DNA of 40,802 nucleotides from a virus (IMGVR_UViG_3300012953_000003:1-40802); one strand, 5' to 3'; shown: positions 1-8,902, counted from the stretch's first letter. A program made the numbers and translations. Notes: generated by a model not told the origin, from the sequence alone.

Positions 1-123
1 CCTTGCTTAACTTCGCGCCTTCCGTCCTTTTCTTCCGCTTCTTTCATGTCGTTCAATCTGCTTTGGATTTTCCAAGCCCAATTTTTTCTGAAGCTTGAAT
101 TGAATGTCGCATCGAATCCGCCG
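1..123. repeat. Terminal direct repeat, copy 1 (circular assembly overlap)
   Basis: 1-123 is identical to 40680-40802, and one ORF reads through the join. Confidence 0.97.
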
Positions 124-548
124 CGTACTCCTTTTCGTTCTTCTTTTAATGCTCTTTCACATGCTTCGATTAAATAGGCAGAATACAAATCGATCTGTTT
201 TCTGTTCCCTTTTGTCGCGAAGATGTCAAAGCATTTTCCTTTGTAGCTATTCCCGATAACTAATTTTCCATTGAAGAAAGAAACGCAAGCGCTGACGATA
301 ATTTGTTCATGGGGTTTAACTCTTGAAAAATGCTGATGGCCTTTTTCGTCTGTCCATGTCCAGTTGATCGCTTCTTTTAATGTTGGATCTTCGATCCCTT
401 CTTCAACTCTTTTTTCAAGTTGGTCTTTTGTAATTCCGCGCTTTAAAAGTTGCTCTTCAAGTTTTGCTTTTGCAACTGCGCTTTCATTTTCGTTTGCGCT
501 GTTGGTCATTCCCAACAACTTAGATAAAAATTGAAATGAGTCGGTCAT
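1..548 (-). CDS. DUF2786-like early protein, 5' part (continues at 40679-40460; 255 aa in total)
   Basis: ATG at 548 gives MTDSFQFLSKLLGMTNSANENESAVAKAKLEEQLLKRGI..., resembling the DUF2786 N-terminal helix pair. The frame is open across the origin into the 40460 ORF. Missed by the ORF track. Confidence 0.75.
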   Translation of the reverse strand, partial: MTDSFQFLSKLLGMTNSANENESAVAKAKLEEQLLKRGITKDQLEKRVEEGIEDPTLKEAINWTWTDEKGHQHFSRVKPHEQIIVSACVSFFNGKLVIGNSYKGKCFDIFATKGNRKQIDLYSAYLIEACERALKEERKGVRGGFDATFNSSFRKNWAWKIQSRLNDMKEAEEKDGRREVKQ

Positions 549-590
549 GTTGTTCGGTTGGTTCTTTTTTGAAAAGTGTCAGTAACGAGC

Positions 591-629
591 TGACTTCTTT
601 AGTATACATCTTTATTTATTGGTTGTCAA
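591..629 (-). promoter_or_regulatory. Early sigma70-type promoter
   Basis: TTGACA-N17-TATACT followed by the shared leader AAAGAAGTCA. Confidence 0.9.
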
Positions 630-716
630 TTATCCTGCGGACGCTACTCCCTTCCTTTTAATCTTAATAAGATTCAGTTTGTTTCAATTTTAATCAGTGC
701 CGTCTATAGTGACATC

Positions 717-1055
717 ATGGCGAAAAAGCCCGCAAAAAAAGCAACCAATATTGAAATAGATAAGCGCGTTCATCGTGTTTATGATCTTCTTTTGCGTGGA
801 CATAATAAAACCCAGATTGTCCGATACTGCGCGGAAAATTTCAAGGTTTCACTTCGACAAACAGAAGAATATTTGCAACGCGCTCGCGTTCTTCAGTCCA
901 TTGATTGTGAAATGGAGCGCCCGCAATTTCTCCTTGCCGCAATAGCACGTCTTCAGGATTACGAGCGCCGAGCCTCAGAAGATAATAATCTTGTCGTTGC
1001 TATGAAATCTTTGGAGCTTCAAGCCAAACTCCTACGCTTTGAAATGTCTGTATGA
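717..1055 (+). CDS. terS: Putative terminase small subunit
   Basis: 112-aa helical/HTH-like protein overlapping the start of TerL (ATGA); assigned mainly by position. Confidence 0.7.
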   Translation: MAKKPAKKATNIEIDKRVHRVYDLLLRGHNKTQIVRYCAENFKVSLRQTEEYLQRARVLQSIDCEMERPQFLLAAIARLQDYERRASEDNNLVVAMKSLELQAKLLRFEMSV

Positions 1056-2398
1056 GTTCCCTTATTGAATCAGTCTGTAAGAAAGAAAGTGTTTTTGATT
1101 TTATTACTCCGCCAGATCCAACACGTTCAGCCGATATTTTAAAACGAATAGAAGCGGATCTTCATACAGGCCAAGCTCGTTTCTTTGAAGATACAACCAC
1201 AGAAATTCTTGGGCTTTGTGCTGGTTATGGATCGGGAAAAAGTTTCGCCTTGTTTGCTAAATGCGTTCAGCTCGCAATCCTCAACATGGGCTATACCGGG
1301 TGTGTTTTTGAGCCGACCAATGTTCTTGTGCGCGATATTTTTATCAGGGGCTTTAATGATTTTTTAGAGCAATATGGAATTTCTTACAGCTTCAGGGCGT
1401 CACCGTTGCCTGAATATACTTTGCACTTAGAAAAGCCGACGACGTTACTTTGTCGGTCTTTTGAAAATTACAATCGTATCGTTGGTTTAAATCTTTCGCA
1501 TGTAGTTTGCGACGAGTTGGACGTTGTATCACAGCCAACATGCGAGGCAGCCTTTCCAAGAATCCTTGCACGTTTAAGGGATGGAAATGTGAGGCAATTT
1601 GCAGCCGCTTCAACTCCTGAAGGTTTCAAGTTTTTCTATAACACTTTTGGAACAGAGGAAGCACAAGCGCGAACAGATCGGAAGCTTGTCAAGATGACCA
1701 CTTATGAAAATAAACACCTTCCAAAAGATTTCATTGACCGTTTGGAATCTAATTATGAGCCATCTCTTTTAAAGAGTTACCTCTTGGGTGAATTTGTGAA
1801 TATCACTCAAGGTTGTGTATATACCCGATTCGATAGAGAAAAACATTTAACAACCGAGATACCCGACTTAACAAATGAAATAATTCACGTCGGGATCGAC
1901 TTTAATATCGGCAAAATGTCCGGGATTTTGGGCGTTATTAAAAACGAAGAACTTTATATATTTGATGAAATTAGAGCGTATGACACCGACGAATTGGGAA
2001 AAACTATCAGGGCGAAATTTCCCCGAGCCACGGTTTATGGATACCCTGACGCAAGCGGCGGAGCAAGATCTACGAATAGCAGCAAGACCGACATCCAAAT
2101 TCTTAGCAACTACAAAATATATAACCAGTCCGGGGCGTCGAATCCGGCTATTGCTGACCGTGTTAATGCTGTTCAAGCATTGTTGGAAAATGGTAAAGGC
2201 CAAATTCGTTTTCATATTCATCCGCGATGCAAAGAAATGATTAAGTCCTTAGAACTGCAAAGTTACGATGACAAGGGCCAACCCTCGAAGGATTCAGGAC
2301 ACGATCATTTTGCCGATGCTCTTGGTTATATTGTTTGGAGGCGCTTCAATCCTTTACATCTAAACGCAGGAAAATCAACAGGTATTAGGATTTATTGA
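1052..2398 (+). CDS. terL: Terminase large subunit
   Basis: Walker A AGYGSGKS, Walker B VVCDELD, motif III STPEG, nuclease motifs GIDFN and DHFADALGY. Confidence 0.96.
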   Translation: MSSLIESVCKKESVFDFITPPDPTRSADILKRIEADLHTGQARFFEDTTTEILGLCAGYGSGKSFALFAKCVQLAILNMGYTGCVFEPTNVLVRDIFIRGFNDFLEQYGISYSFRASPLPEYTLHLEKPTTLLCRSFENYNRIVGLNLSHVVCDELDVVSQPTCEAAFPRILARLRDGNVRQFAAASTPEGFKFFYNTFGTEEAQARTDRKLVKMTTYENKHLPKDFIDRLESNYEPSLLKSYLLGEFVNITQGCVYTRFDREKHLTTEIPDLTNEIIHVGIDFNIGKMSGILGVIKNEELYIFDEIRAYDTDELGKTIRAKFPRATVYGYPDASGGARSTNSSKTDIQILSNYKIYNQSGASNPAIADRVNAVQALLENGKGQIRFHIHPRCKEMIKSLELQSYDDKGQPSKDSGHDHFADALGYIVWRRFNPLHLNAGKSTGIRIY

Positions 2399-2443
2399 TG
2401 AGTACAATTAAGATGATGTTCATAACGTCCAGAGGATTAACCA

Positions 2444-3892
2444 GTGTATAGCGGTTACAACATTTACGAGCATAGAAGACAGCCCAATGATGGAGGAATT
2501 GAACAGCCTTGTCAGGCTTATTTAGATCAAGAAATTTATTGGGAAGTCATTGAAGATTTGCTAACAGGTTCGCAGGGCATCAGGGCGAAGCATCGGAAAT
2601 ATTTGCCACAAATGGAGCGCGAGGACGAAAGAAGTTATGACCGCAGATTAAGCCGTTCTGTTTGTCCGCCTTATTACGAACGAATAGAAAAGCTATTGGC
2701 GGGGATGTTAATAAGAAAGCCAATTCGAACAAATGACGTGCCGCCGCGAATAACAGAAGATTTATTTGATATTGACATGCAAAATAACGGGTTGTCAGTG
2801 TGGGCTTATACCTGCGCGAGAACGATATTACGCTATGGACATGCGGGCGTTTTAGTTGAGGCCGACAAGAATGGCGGGCGTCCTTATTGGGTTACATATA
2901 GCCCTCGGGAAATTCTCGGATGGCGATCAGAAATTATTGACGGCGCTCGCAAATTTACACAGTTAAGGCTTTTGGAAAAGGTCGTTGAGCCTGATGGTGA
3001 ATATTCAGAAACTACCGTCGAGCAAGTTCGTCTATTAACTCCGGGTGCTTTTGAAATTCACAGAAGGAACAAACAGGGTGAGTTTACTTTGCACGAAGAA
3101 GGTACAACAAGCCTTTCTGAAATTCCTTTTGCCGTTGCTTATTCCAATAGGGTTAATTTTATGGAGTCGAGGCCGCCCCTCGGTGACGTAGCCCAACTTA
3201 ATATTCTTAGCTATCAAAATGGCTCTGATGTTTCGAACCAGCTCCATATTTCAGCGGTTCCGATGTTGGCGTTTTTTGGATTCCCTCAAAGTGCGGAGGA
3301 AGTAAGCGCTGGCCCGAGTGAAGCGTTAAGTCTTCCAACTGATTCAGATGCGCGATTTATTGAACCAGAAGGAAAGTCTTTTGATGCACAATTTACGCAA
3401 TTAGATCGAATCGAAAAGCAGATTAACGAGCTTGGGATGGCGGCAATTTTGGGAACCAAGTTGAAGAATGTGGGAGAGAGTTCGAAGGCGAAGGAAATCG
3501 ACAGGAGTCAAGGCGACAGCACAATGAAAGTCGTGGCGCAACAGTTACAAGATTTGATTGATAACTGCCTCATGTATCACGCCAAATATTTAAACCTTTC
3601 GCAGTCTGGTAATTGTTTCGTCAATCGGGACTTCCTCGGTTCACGTTTAGACCCTCAAGAAATCAACAGCCTTAAGGAGCTATGGACAAGCGGAGCGATT
3701 ACACAGGAAACCTTGTTGAAGCAATTAGAAGCGGGCGAGGTGTTGGGCGATGATTTTGAAATTGAAGAGGAATTATTAGCTGTTCAGCAAGAAGGATTAT
3801 CAGCAATGGAAGCAGAAGCGCCAATTCTTGAAGCTAACGAAAATGAAGACGAGGAGTCTGCGGAGCCTGAAGATGTAGACCAAGAAGACTAA
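2444..3892 (+). CDS. Portal protein (DUF4055-like)
   Basis: Follows TerL; 482 aa; YLPQ..E....Y..RL, YGHAGVLV and IPF motifs; acidic C-terminal tail. Confidence 0.88.
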   Translation: MYSGYNIYEHRRQPNDGGIEQPCQAYLDQEIYWEVIEDLLTGSQGIRAKHRKYLPQMEREDERSYDRRLSRSVCPPYYERIEKLLAGMLIRKPIRTNDVPPRITEDLFDIDMQNNGLSVWAYTCARTILRYGHAGVLVEADKNGGRPYWVTYSPREILGWRSEIIDGARKFTQLRLLEKVVEPDGEYSETTVEQVRLLTPGAFEIHRRNKQGEFTLHEEGTTSLSEIPFAVAYSNRVNFMESRPPLGDVAQLNILSYQNGSDVSNQLHISAVPMLAFFGFPQSAEEVSAGPSEALSLPTDSDARFIEPEGKSFDAQFTQLDRIEKQINELGMAAILGTKLKNVGESSKAKEIDRSQGDSTMKVVAQQLQDLIDNCLMYHAKYLNLSQSGNCFVNRDFLGSRLDPQEINSLKELWTSGAITQETLLKQLEAGEVLGDDFEIEEELLAVQQEGLSAMEAEAPILEANENEDEESAEPEDVDQED

Positions 3893-3896
3893 GTAA

Positions 3897-6092
3897 ATGG
3901 CTCCTAAAATAAAATCTATTTTTGGAACTGTTGACCGTGGAAAAGTCGGGGCCGAGGTTCCTTATTCTGATCTAATTCCAGAAACTTACTTTCGTAATTC
4001 GCTCGACTTAAATCGGTTTGAAAATAAAGTTTCAAAAGAATTGATCCAGTCTTACAACCAAATCATTCTTGATTCGGTTCGAAAGCTTGAAGCAATAGAA
4101 AGACTGCCAAAAGCAAGCCAGCCCAAATATACGGCGGCTCGTTTACGTTCGTTATTAGCTCAGACAAAAAAGAGTCTTGAAGGTTGGTCGAATAGTAGTT
4201 CAAAGGAATTAATAAAAAATCTTGATGGAATTGCAAAGCTTCAATCTGAATTTGTAGAAGAACAATTAAAAAAAGTTTTACCTGCGGGGATGCGTTCGTC
4301 GGTTCGTTCTGTTGAAGTGTCCCCAAAGTTTGCCGAGGCCGTTGTTAAAAATAAAGCAACTGATATAAATGCAAATGTTTTAAGCGATGATTTACAGGCG
4401 GCCGTTAAAGGTGTTGACGGGTTAAGACAAGCTCAAGGAAGTTTTAATTTAACTGCAAAAATGGGGTCGAAATTAACCCTGCCAAATGGCGATATTGTCA
4501 GCAAAGCTTTTAGGGGATTAGCAGAAAAAAACGCTGATTTATTTGGGCGTACTATTCGCGACGGTTTACTTTCAGGAGAAACAACTCAACAGGTCGGGCG
4601 GCGTCTTCTTGGAAAGTTGTATTTTGGGGAAAAAGCAAGAACAGCGAAACAGCTCGCGTTGGCAGGAGGGGAAGCCACTCGAATGGCTAATCACCAAATT
4701 TCGACGCTTGTGCGTACTTCAATTCAACAAGTCAGCGACACAGCCGCGCAATCTGTTTACAAACAAAACAGCGACATCACACAAAGTTATAAATATTTGG
4801 CAACGCTAGATAGTAGGACCGCCCCTCAATGCATGGCCCTTGATCAAAAAGTTTTTAAATATGGTCAGGGACCGACACCGCCTCAACATTTTAATTGCAG
4901 ATGTCGAACCGTTGCGACTATTGATTACGAAGGCTTAGGCATACCGCCGCCAAACTTTACGAGAAGCACAAGAGCCGCTGTTGGTGGGCCTGTTCCAACT
5001 GGAACTTCTTACGGGTCTTGGTTACAAAAACAACCGCCTCAGATGCGGGCGAAAATATTAGGAGGGAAACAGGTCACGCTTTCAAGTGGCAAAAAAGTGT
5101 GGCGGGGTAAGTTTCAATACTTCGATAAGTTGGCAAAAAAAGATGGACCAGATAAAGCCATTGCAAAATTTGTAAGTTCTGACGGAAGTGAAAAGAGCCT
5201 GAAACAATTACAAAAGTCTTATGGTAAGCCGTCAAATATTAAAAAGAAACCGACAATCGTGAAAGAAAGGAAGAGCGCGGAATATTCATGGCAGCGATAC
5301 AGCGATGGTTCGTTGGAGAAAGGAGCCGAGCCAACAAACGCAACAGTCTGGACAAAAGACCGTCAAAAATTACATGACAAGATTGTGGATGATATTTTGA
5401 AAGAAAATAATCCAAAGCCTCAAAAAAATCCTGATTTCTTTATGACTGGCGGAGGGTCGGCTTCTGGTAAGTCGATCATGCTTAAGAAGTCACCCTTGCC
5501 AAAAGGAACGGTAGTTATTGATTCGGATGAAATAAAGAAACGACTGCCTGAATTTGTAGAAATGCAAAAGAAAGGAGGGAAAGCGGCTAAGGCTGCGGCT
5601 GGTTATGTTCATGAAGAATCTTCATACTTGTCTAAACGATTAATGAGAGAATCGGCTCAACGTCGTTATCACACAATGCTCGACGGAACGGGGGACAATA
5701 GTCTTAAGAGCTTAGAAGGCAAAATCAAACAAATGTCTGAAAGGGGCATGAAGGTCAAGGCTAAATATGCGACGGCAGATATTGAAACAGCGCTCGAAAG
5801 AAATTATCAAAGGTTCTTAAAGACTAAACGTCTTGTCCCTGCGACTTATGTTCGTGATGTCCATAGGAATGTTTCAAAAGTTGTTCCTGATGCACTTCAG
5901 GCGGGAATTTTTGACGACTTTGAATTGTATGACATGAATAAAACAGGTCAAGCCATCAAGGTCGCAACGTTCACAAAAGAGAAAGGCTTAAATATACAAG
6001 ACCAAAATTTATGGAATAGATTTATAGGAAAAGCGTGGCAGCCTGACAGTCAATTTAACAAATGGACAGATATGGTTTTAGATGAAAGTTAA
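3897..6092 (+). CDS. MuF/SPP1 gp7-like head morphogenesis protein with C-terminal zeta-toxin-like P-loop kinase
   Basis: MuF motif ATLDSRT..C..LD...PPQHFNCRC. C-terminal FMTGGGSASGKS, VIDSDEIK, HEESS and MLDGTG motifs match zeta/PezT-type kinases. Confidence 0.88.
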   Translation: MAPKIKSIFGTVDRGKVGAEVPYSDLIPETYFRNSLDLNRFENKVSKELIQSYNQIILDSVRKLEAIERLPKASQPKYTAARLRSLLAQTKKSLEGWSNSSSKELIKNLDGIAKLQSEFVEEQLKKVLPAGMRSSVRSVEVSPKFAEAVVKNKATDINANVLSDDLQAAVKGVDGLRQAQGSFNLTAKMGSKLTLPNGDIVSKAFRGLAEKNADLFGRTIRDGLLSGETTQQVGRRLLGKLYFGEKARTAKQLALAGGEATRMANHQISTLVRTSIQQVSDTAAQSVYKQNSDITQSYKYLATLDSRTAPQCMALDQKVFKYGQGPTPPQHFNCRCRTVATIDYEGLGIPPPNFTRSTRAAVGGPVPTGTSYGSWLQKQPPQMRAKILGGKQVTLSSGKKVWRGKFQYFDKLAKKDGPDKAIAKFVSSDGSEKSLKQLQKSYGKPSNIKKKPTIVKERKSAEYSWQRYSDGSLEKGAEPTNATVWTKDRQKLHDKIVDDILKENNPKPQKNPDFFMTGGGSASGKSIMLKKSPLPKGTVVIDSDEIKKRLPEFVEMQKKGGKAAKAAAGYVHEESSYLSKRLMRESAQRRYHTMLDGTGDNSLKSLEGKIKQMSERGMKVKAKYATADIETALERNYQRFLKTKRLVPATYVRDVHRNVSKVVPDALQAGIFDDFELYDMNKTGQAIKVATFTKEKGLNIQDQNLWNRFIGKAWQPDSQFNKWTDMVLDES

Positions 6093-6286
6093 AGGCTAGG
6101 AAATTCTGGGGTGTAGTCCACTGTGAAACCGTTCATCTTTTTTTTCTTTGCAATCTTTTCGGCGTTAGCAATATCTTGTTTAACACCAGCTCTGAATTTC
6201 GCGGCATCTGCGGATTCTTTACCCTTCGGCTCTATACCGAGGGCAACTTCATCTATTATTTTTTGCATACGTTCGGAGCCAAGCAT
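6089..6286 (-). CDS. Small convergent protein, candidate immunity/antitoxin
   Basis: 65 aa; AAGGTG SD; own promoter; its stop overlaps the MuF stop in TTAA. Function is inferred. Confidence 0.65.
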   Translation of the reverse strand: MLGSERMQKIIDEVALGIEPKGKESADAAKFRAGVKQDIANAEKIAKKKKMNGFTVDYTPEFPSL

Positions 6287-6311
6287 TTAAGCACCTTTTG
6301 AAATTATTGTT

Positions 6312-6340
6312 AGAATAACATTGTATACTAAGCAAATCAA
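6312..6340 (-). promoter_or_regulatory. Promoter of the 65-aa gene
   Basis: TTGATT-N17-TATTCT with TGn extension; the spacer contains GTATAC. Confidence 0.6.
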
Positions 6341-6358
6341 TAAGGAGGACCGTCTAAA

Positions 6359-6415
6359 ATGGCGAAGAAAAAGAAAAAAGGCAGCAAGGGTGTAAAGAAG
6401 AAGGGCTATTGTTAG
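6359..6415 (+). CDS. 18-aa Lys-rich peptide
   Basis: TAAGGAGG SD, then MAKKKKKGSKGVKKKGYC*. Confidence 0.55.
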   Translation: MAKKKKKGSKGVKKKGYC

Positions 6416-6442
6416 TATATAAATGCAACCCTGCGGGTTTTC

Positions 6443-7186
6443 ATGTCAGACGAACAAAATCGCGAAGCTGCGCCGAGCGATTCAAATCAAACAAATGTCG
6501 AAGATTTACAAGCTTTAGTTAAAAAGCTTGAAAGTCGTATTGATGCAACCGACATCAAGAACAAAGAACTCCTAGAAGAAAAAAGGAAGTTTAAAAAGGT
6601 CGAAGAAACTCTTTCGGGTTTGCCTGAAGGAACCGACATTAATGAATTATTAACCTTTAAGCAGCAAAGCGAGCAGGCGGAGCTGGAGCGTAAAGGGAAA
6701 TACAGCGAAGCCTTAACGGCAAGGGAGGAACAATTCAGGGAAAGGGAGGCAAAGCAAAAAGAAGCAATTCAAGAGCTTGAATCTAAAGTTAAAAATCTTG
6801 AGTTAATCAATCCAGCCGTTCAAGCTTTATCTGAAGTCGTTCGAGATCCTGATCTTGTTTTGAATAATTTCTTACCTAAAGAAAAGATCGAAATGAAAGA
6901 TGGCGTTCCTGTTGTTATTGATGGATACGACAGGCCACCCGTTACCGAGTGGATCAAAAATAAACTCGTCGAAGATAAGCGCGATTATTTATTAAAAGAT
7001 CCTTCACCTCAAGGAAGCGGAGCGCCAGCAAGTCGAAGTTCTGCTTCTGGCAATACTGCGGGTATTGATTCCGACCTAATGAAAAGGCTTGCTAATGGCG
7101 AGCATGATGTAGAACATGATATTTACAAAAGATATGGTCGTGACGCTTGGTTAAAGGCTAAGGAAATAATTTCTGCAAACAAATAA
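6443..7186 (+). CDS. Capsid scaffolding protein
   Basis: Coiled-coil, E/K-rich, with a GSGA linker near the C-terminus; directly upstream of the capsid gene. Confidence 0.82.
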   Translation: MSDEQNREAAPSDSNQTNVEDLQALVKKLESRIDATDIKNKELLEEKRKFKKVEETLSGLPEGTDINELLTFKQQSEQAELERKGKYSEALTAREEQFREREAKQKEAIQELESKVKNLELINPAVQALSEVVRDPDLVLNNFLPKEKIEMKDGVPVVIDGYDRPPVTEWIKNKLVEDKRDYLLKDPSPQGSGAPASRSSASGNTAGIDSDLMKRLANGEHDVEHDIYKRYGRDAWLKAKEIISANK

Positions 7187-7278
7187 GATAACGCGCTACT
7201 ATAGGCGGTAACAGTTTCAAGGCTGCGCTGCGGACTGTAGCCCTGCGGGCGAATAATACTCTTTCATAAATTTCGGCA

Positions 7279-8310
7279 ATGGCCACGCTTAGAAGCGATG
7301 TCATTATCCCCGAGGTGTTTGAGAGCTACGTCAATGAAGAGACAACAAAAAAAGATGCCTTCTTGGCGTCTGGTGTTGTTCAACCAATGGCGCAGCTCAA
7401 CGCATCCGAGGATGGTGGTGATTTCGTTAATGTTCCTTTCTGGAACGCAAACCTTAATAGTACATTCAAGGTTTTAACAGACAGCACTTCTCTTGTTCCT
7501 GAGAAGATCACAGCAGACAAGCAAGTCGCAGCGGTTTTACATCGTGGCGATGCTTTCGAGGCTAGAGACTTAGCAGCATTAGCGGCTGGTTCTGATCCTC
7601 TTAAGGCAGTTGGTTCAAAGCTTGCTTCTTATATTGCTCACGAACGTCAGAAGGATTTATTAAATACTTTGGCGGGTGTGTTTGGTGATCTTTCTGCTCT
7701 TAATGCAGGAAACACCGCTTTCTCTGATTTAGCTGTTGATGCTTTAGCAGGTGATACAAGAACAGCATTAAGCCCCGGCCATATTGCAAAGGCAAAGGCA
7801 AAGCTTGGCGATCAAGGCGGAAAGCTTACTTCCATTTGTGTTCACAGCAACGTCTTTTATGACTTGTTAGAGCGCAAGATGGTTGATTTCGTTCTTGCTG
7901 CTGATACAAATGCAAGTGCAACCGCTTCAGGTGGTTCAATCGCTGCGGCTTATGGTGGCGAAGGTACTGTTCCTAAGTACTGCGGTTTAAACGTTATTGT
8001 TTCTGATGACGTAACAACCAAAGGCTCTGGATCTGGAACAGTTTACGCGACTTATTTGTTTGCTAATGGTTCAGTAGGTAGCGGCGAACAGGCAGGACTT
8101 AAAACAGAATTTGACAGGGACATCCTTGCAAAGTCTGATGCTATGAGTTTCGACCTTCATTACATCTATCATCCGATTGGAAGTAAGTGGGGCGTAACAA
8201 CTGCAAACCCAACAGCCGCGCAGCTCGCGACAGTTACTAACTGGAGCAAGGTTTACGAAACCAAAAACGTTGGGATCGTAAGAGTGTCCAATTTATCTAA
8301 TATGGACTAA
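7279..8310 (+). CDS. Major capsid protein
   Basis: MAT..SDVIIPEVF start, GDFVNVPFW, GSDP, DRDILA, HPIG.KW; expected size and position. Confidence 0.92.
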   Translation: MATLRSDVIIPEVFESYVNEETTKKDAFLASGVVQPMAQLNASEDGGDFVNVPFWNANLNSTFKVLTDSTSLVPEKITADKQVAAVLHRGDAFEARDLAALAAGSDPLKAVGSKLASYIAHERQKDLLNTLAGVFGDLSALNAGNTAFSDLAVDALAGDTRTALSPGHIAKAKAKLGDQGGKLTSICVHSNVFYDLLERKMVDFVLAADTNASATASGGSIAAAYGGEGTVPKYCGLNVIVSDDVTTKGSGSGTVYATYLFANGSVGSGEQAGLKTEFDRDILAKSDAMSFDLHYIYHPIGSKWGVTTANPTAAQLATVTNWSKVYETKNVGIVRVSNLSNMD

Positions 8311-8723
8311 TGGCTAGTATTTTCCAACTTGAAAATCCTGTTTTTAACAGGGAAAATTCAAGCGTTGAACTTGTAGCAGCGTCCGACGCTGATACAACTT
8401 TGACAGCAGCACAGTCTGTCAACAGCCTTGTCGTAATGACTCCTACAGGTGGCAAAGATGTCACTACAGCAACAGCAGCAGAAATTGTTGCTGAGCTTGG
8501 GTCTGGTGTTCGTATTGGTACAACTTTCTCAATCACTTTGAGAAATCAGGCTGCCTCTACTCACGCGATGACTTTGGTAGGAGGGACAGGCGTTACTCTT
8601 GACAGTGACAACACAAACACCGCAGCAGCAGCAGCGACTCGTTCTTTCTTGGGACGTGTTACAGCTATTGCAAGCGGTTCTGAAGCGATCACTGTTTACT
8701 CTGGCGTAACTTCTGCCCACTAA
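8310..8723 (+). CDS. Putative capsid decoration protein
   Basis: A/T/S-rich beta-type protein translationally coupled to the capsid gene. Confidence 0.55.
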   Translation: MASIFQLENPVFNRENSSVELVAASDADTTLTAAQSVNSLVVMTPTGGKDVTTATAAEIVAELGSGVRIGTTFSITLRNQAASTHAMTLVGGTGVTLDSDNTNTAAAAATRSFLGRVTAIASGSEAITVYSGVTSAH

Positions 8724-8902
8724 TGGGATTATTCGCATTTAGGCGAAGGCAAGCAGAATTGGAGGCCGCTTCGACGGCTTCCTGTTCTACTGTCAAGGCA
8801 AAGCCAAAACGTAAAAGAAAAACCAAGCCTTTAACAAATGGCAATAACGATTCATCACACAGTCGGGGCGTCGAACGCGAACAGCTACCTATCGCTGACT
8901 GA
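8723..8902 (+). CDS. Small basic protein (59 aa)
   Basis: TAATG coupling; MGLFAFRRRQAELEAA...KPKRKRKTK; 3' end overlaps the next gene. Confidence 0.55.
   Translation: MGLFAFRRRQAELEAASTASCSTVKAKPKRKRKTKPLTNGNNDSSHSRGVEREQLPIAD

Noticed and set aside
1-123. 123-bp end repeat as a biological terminal repeat
   Set aside because: It falls in the middle of a continuous ORF and is best explained as circular assembly overlap.
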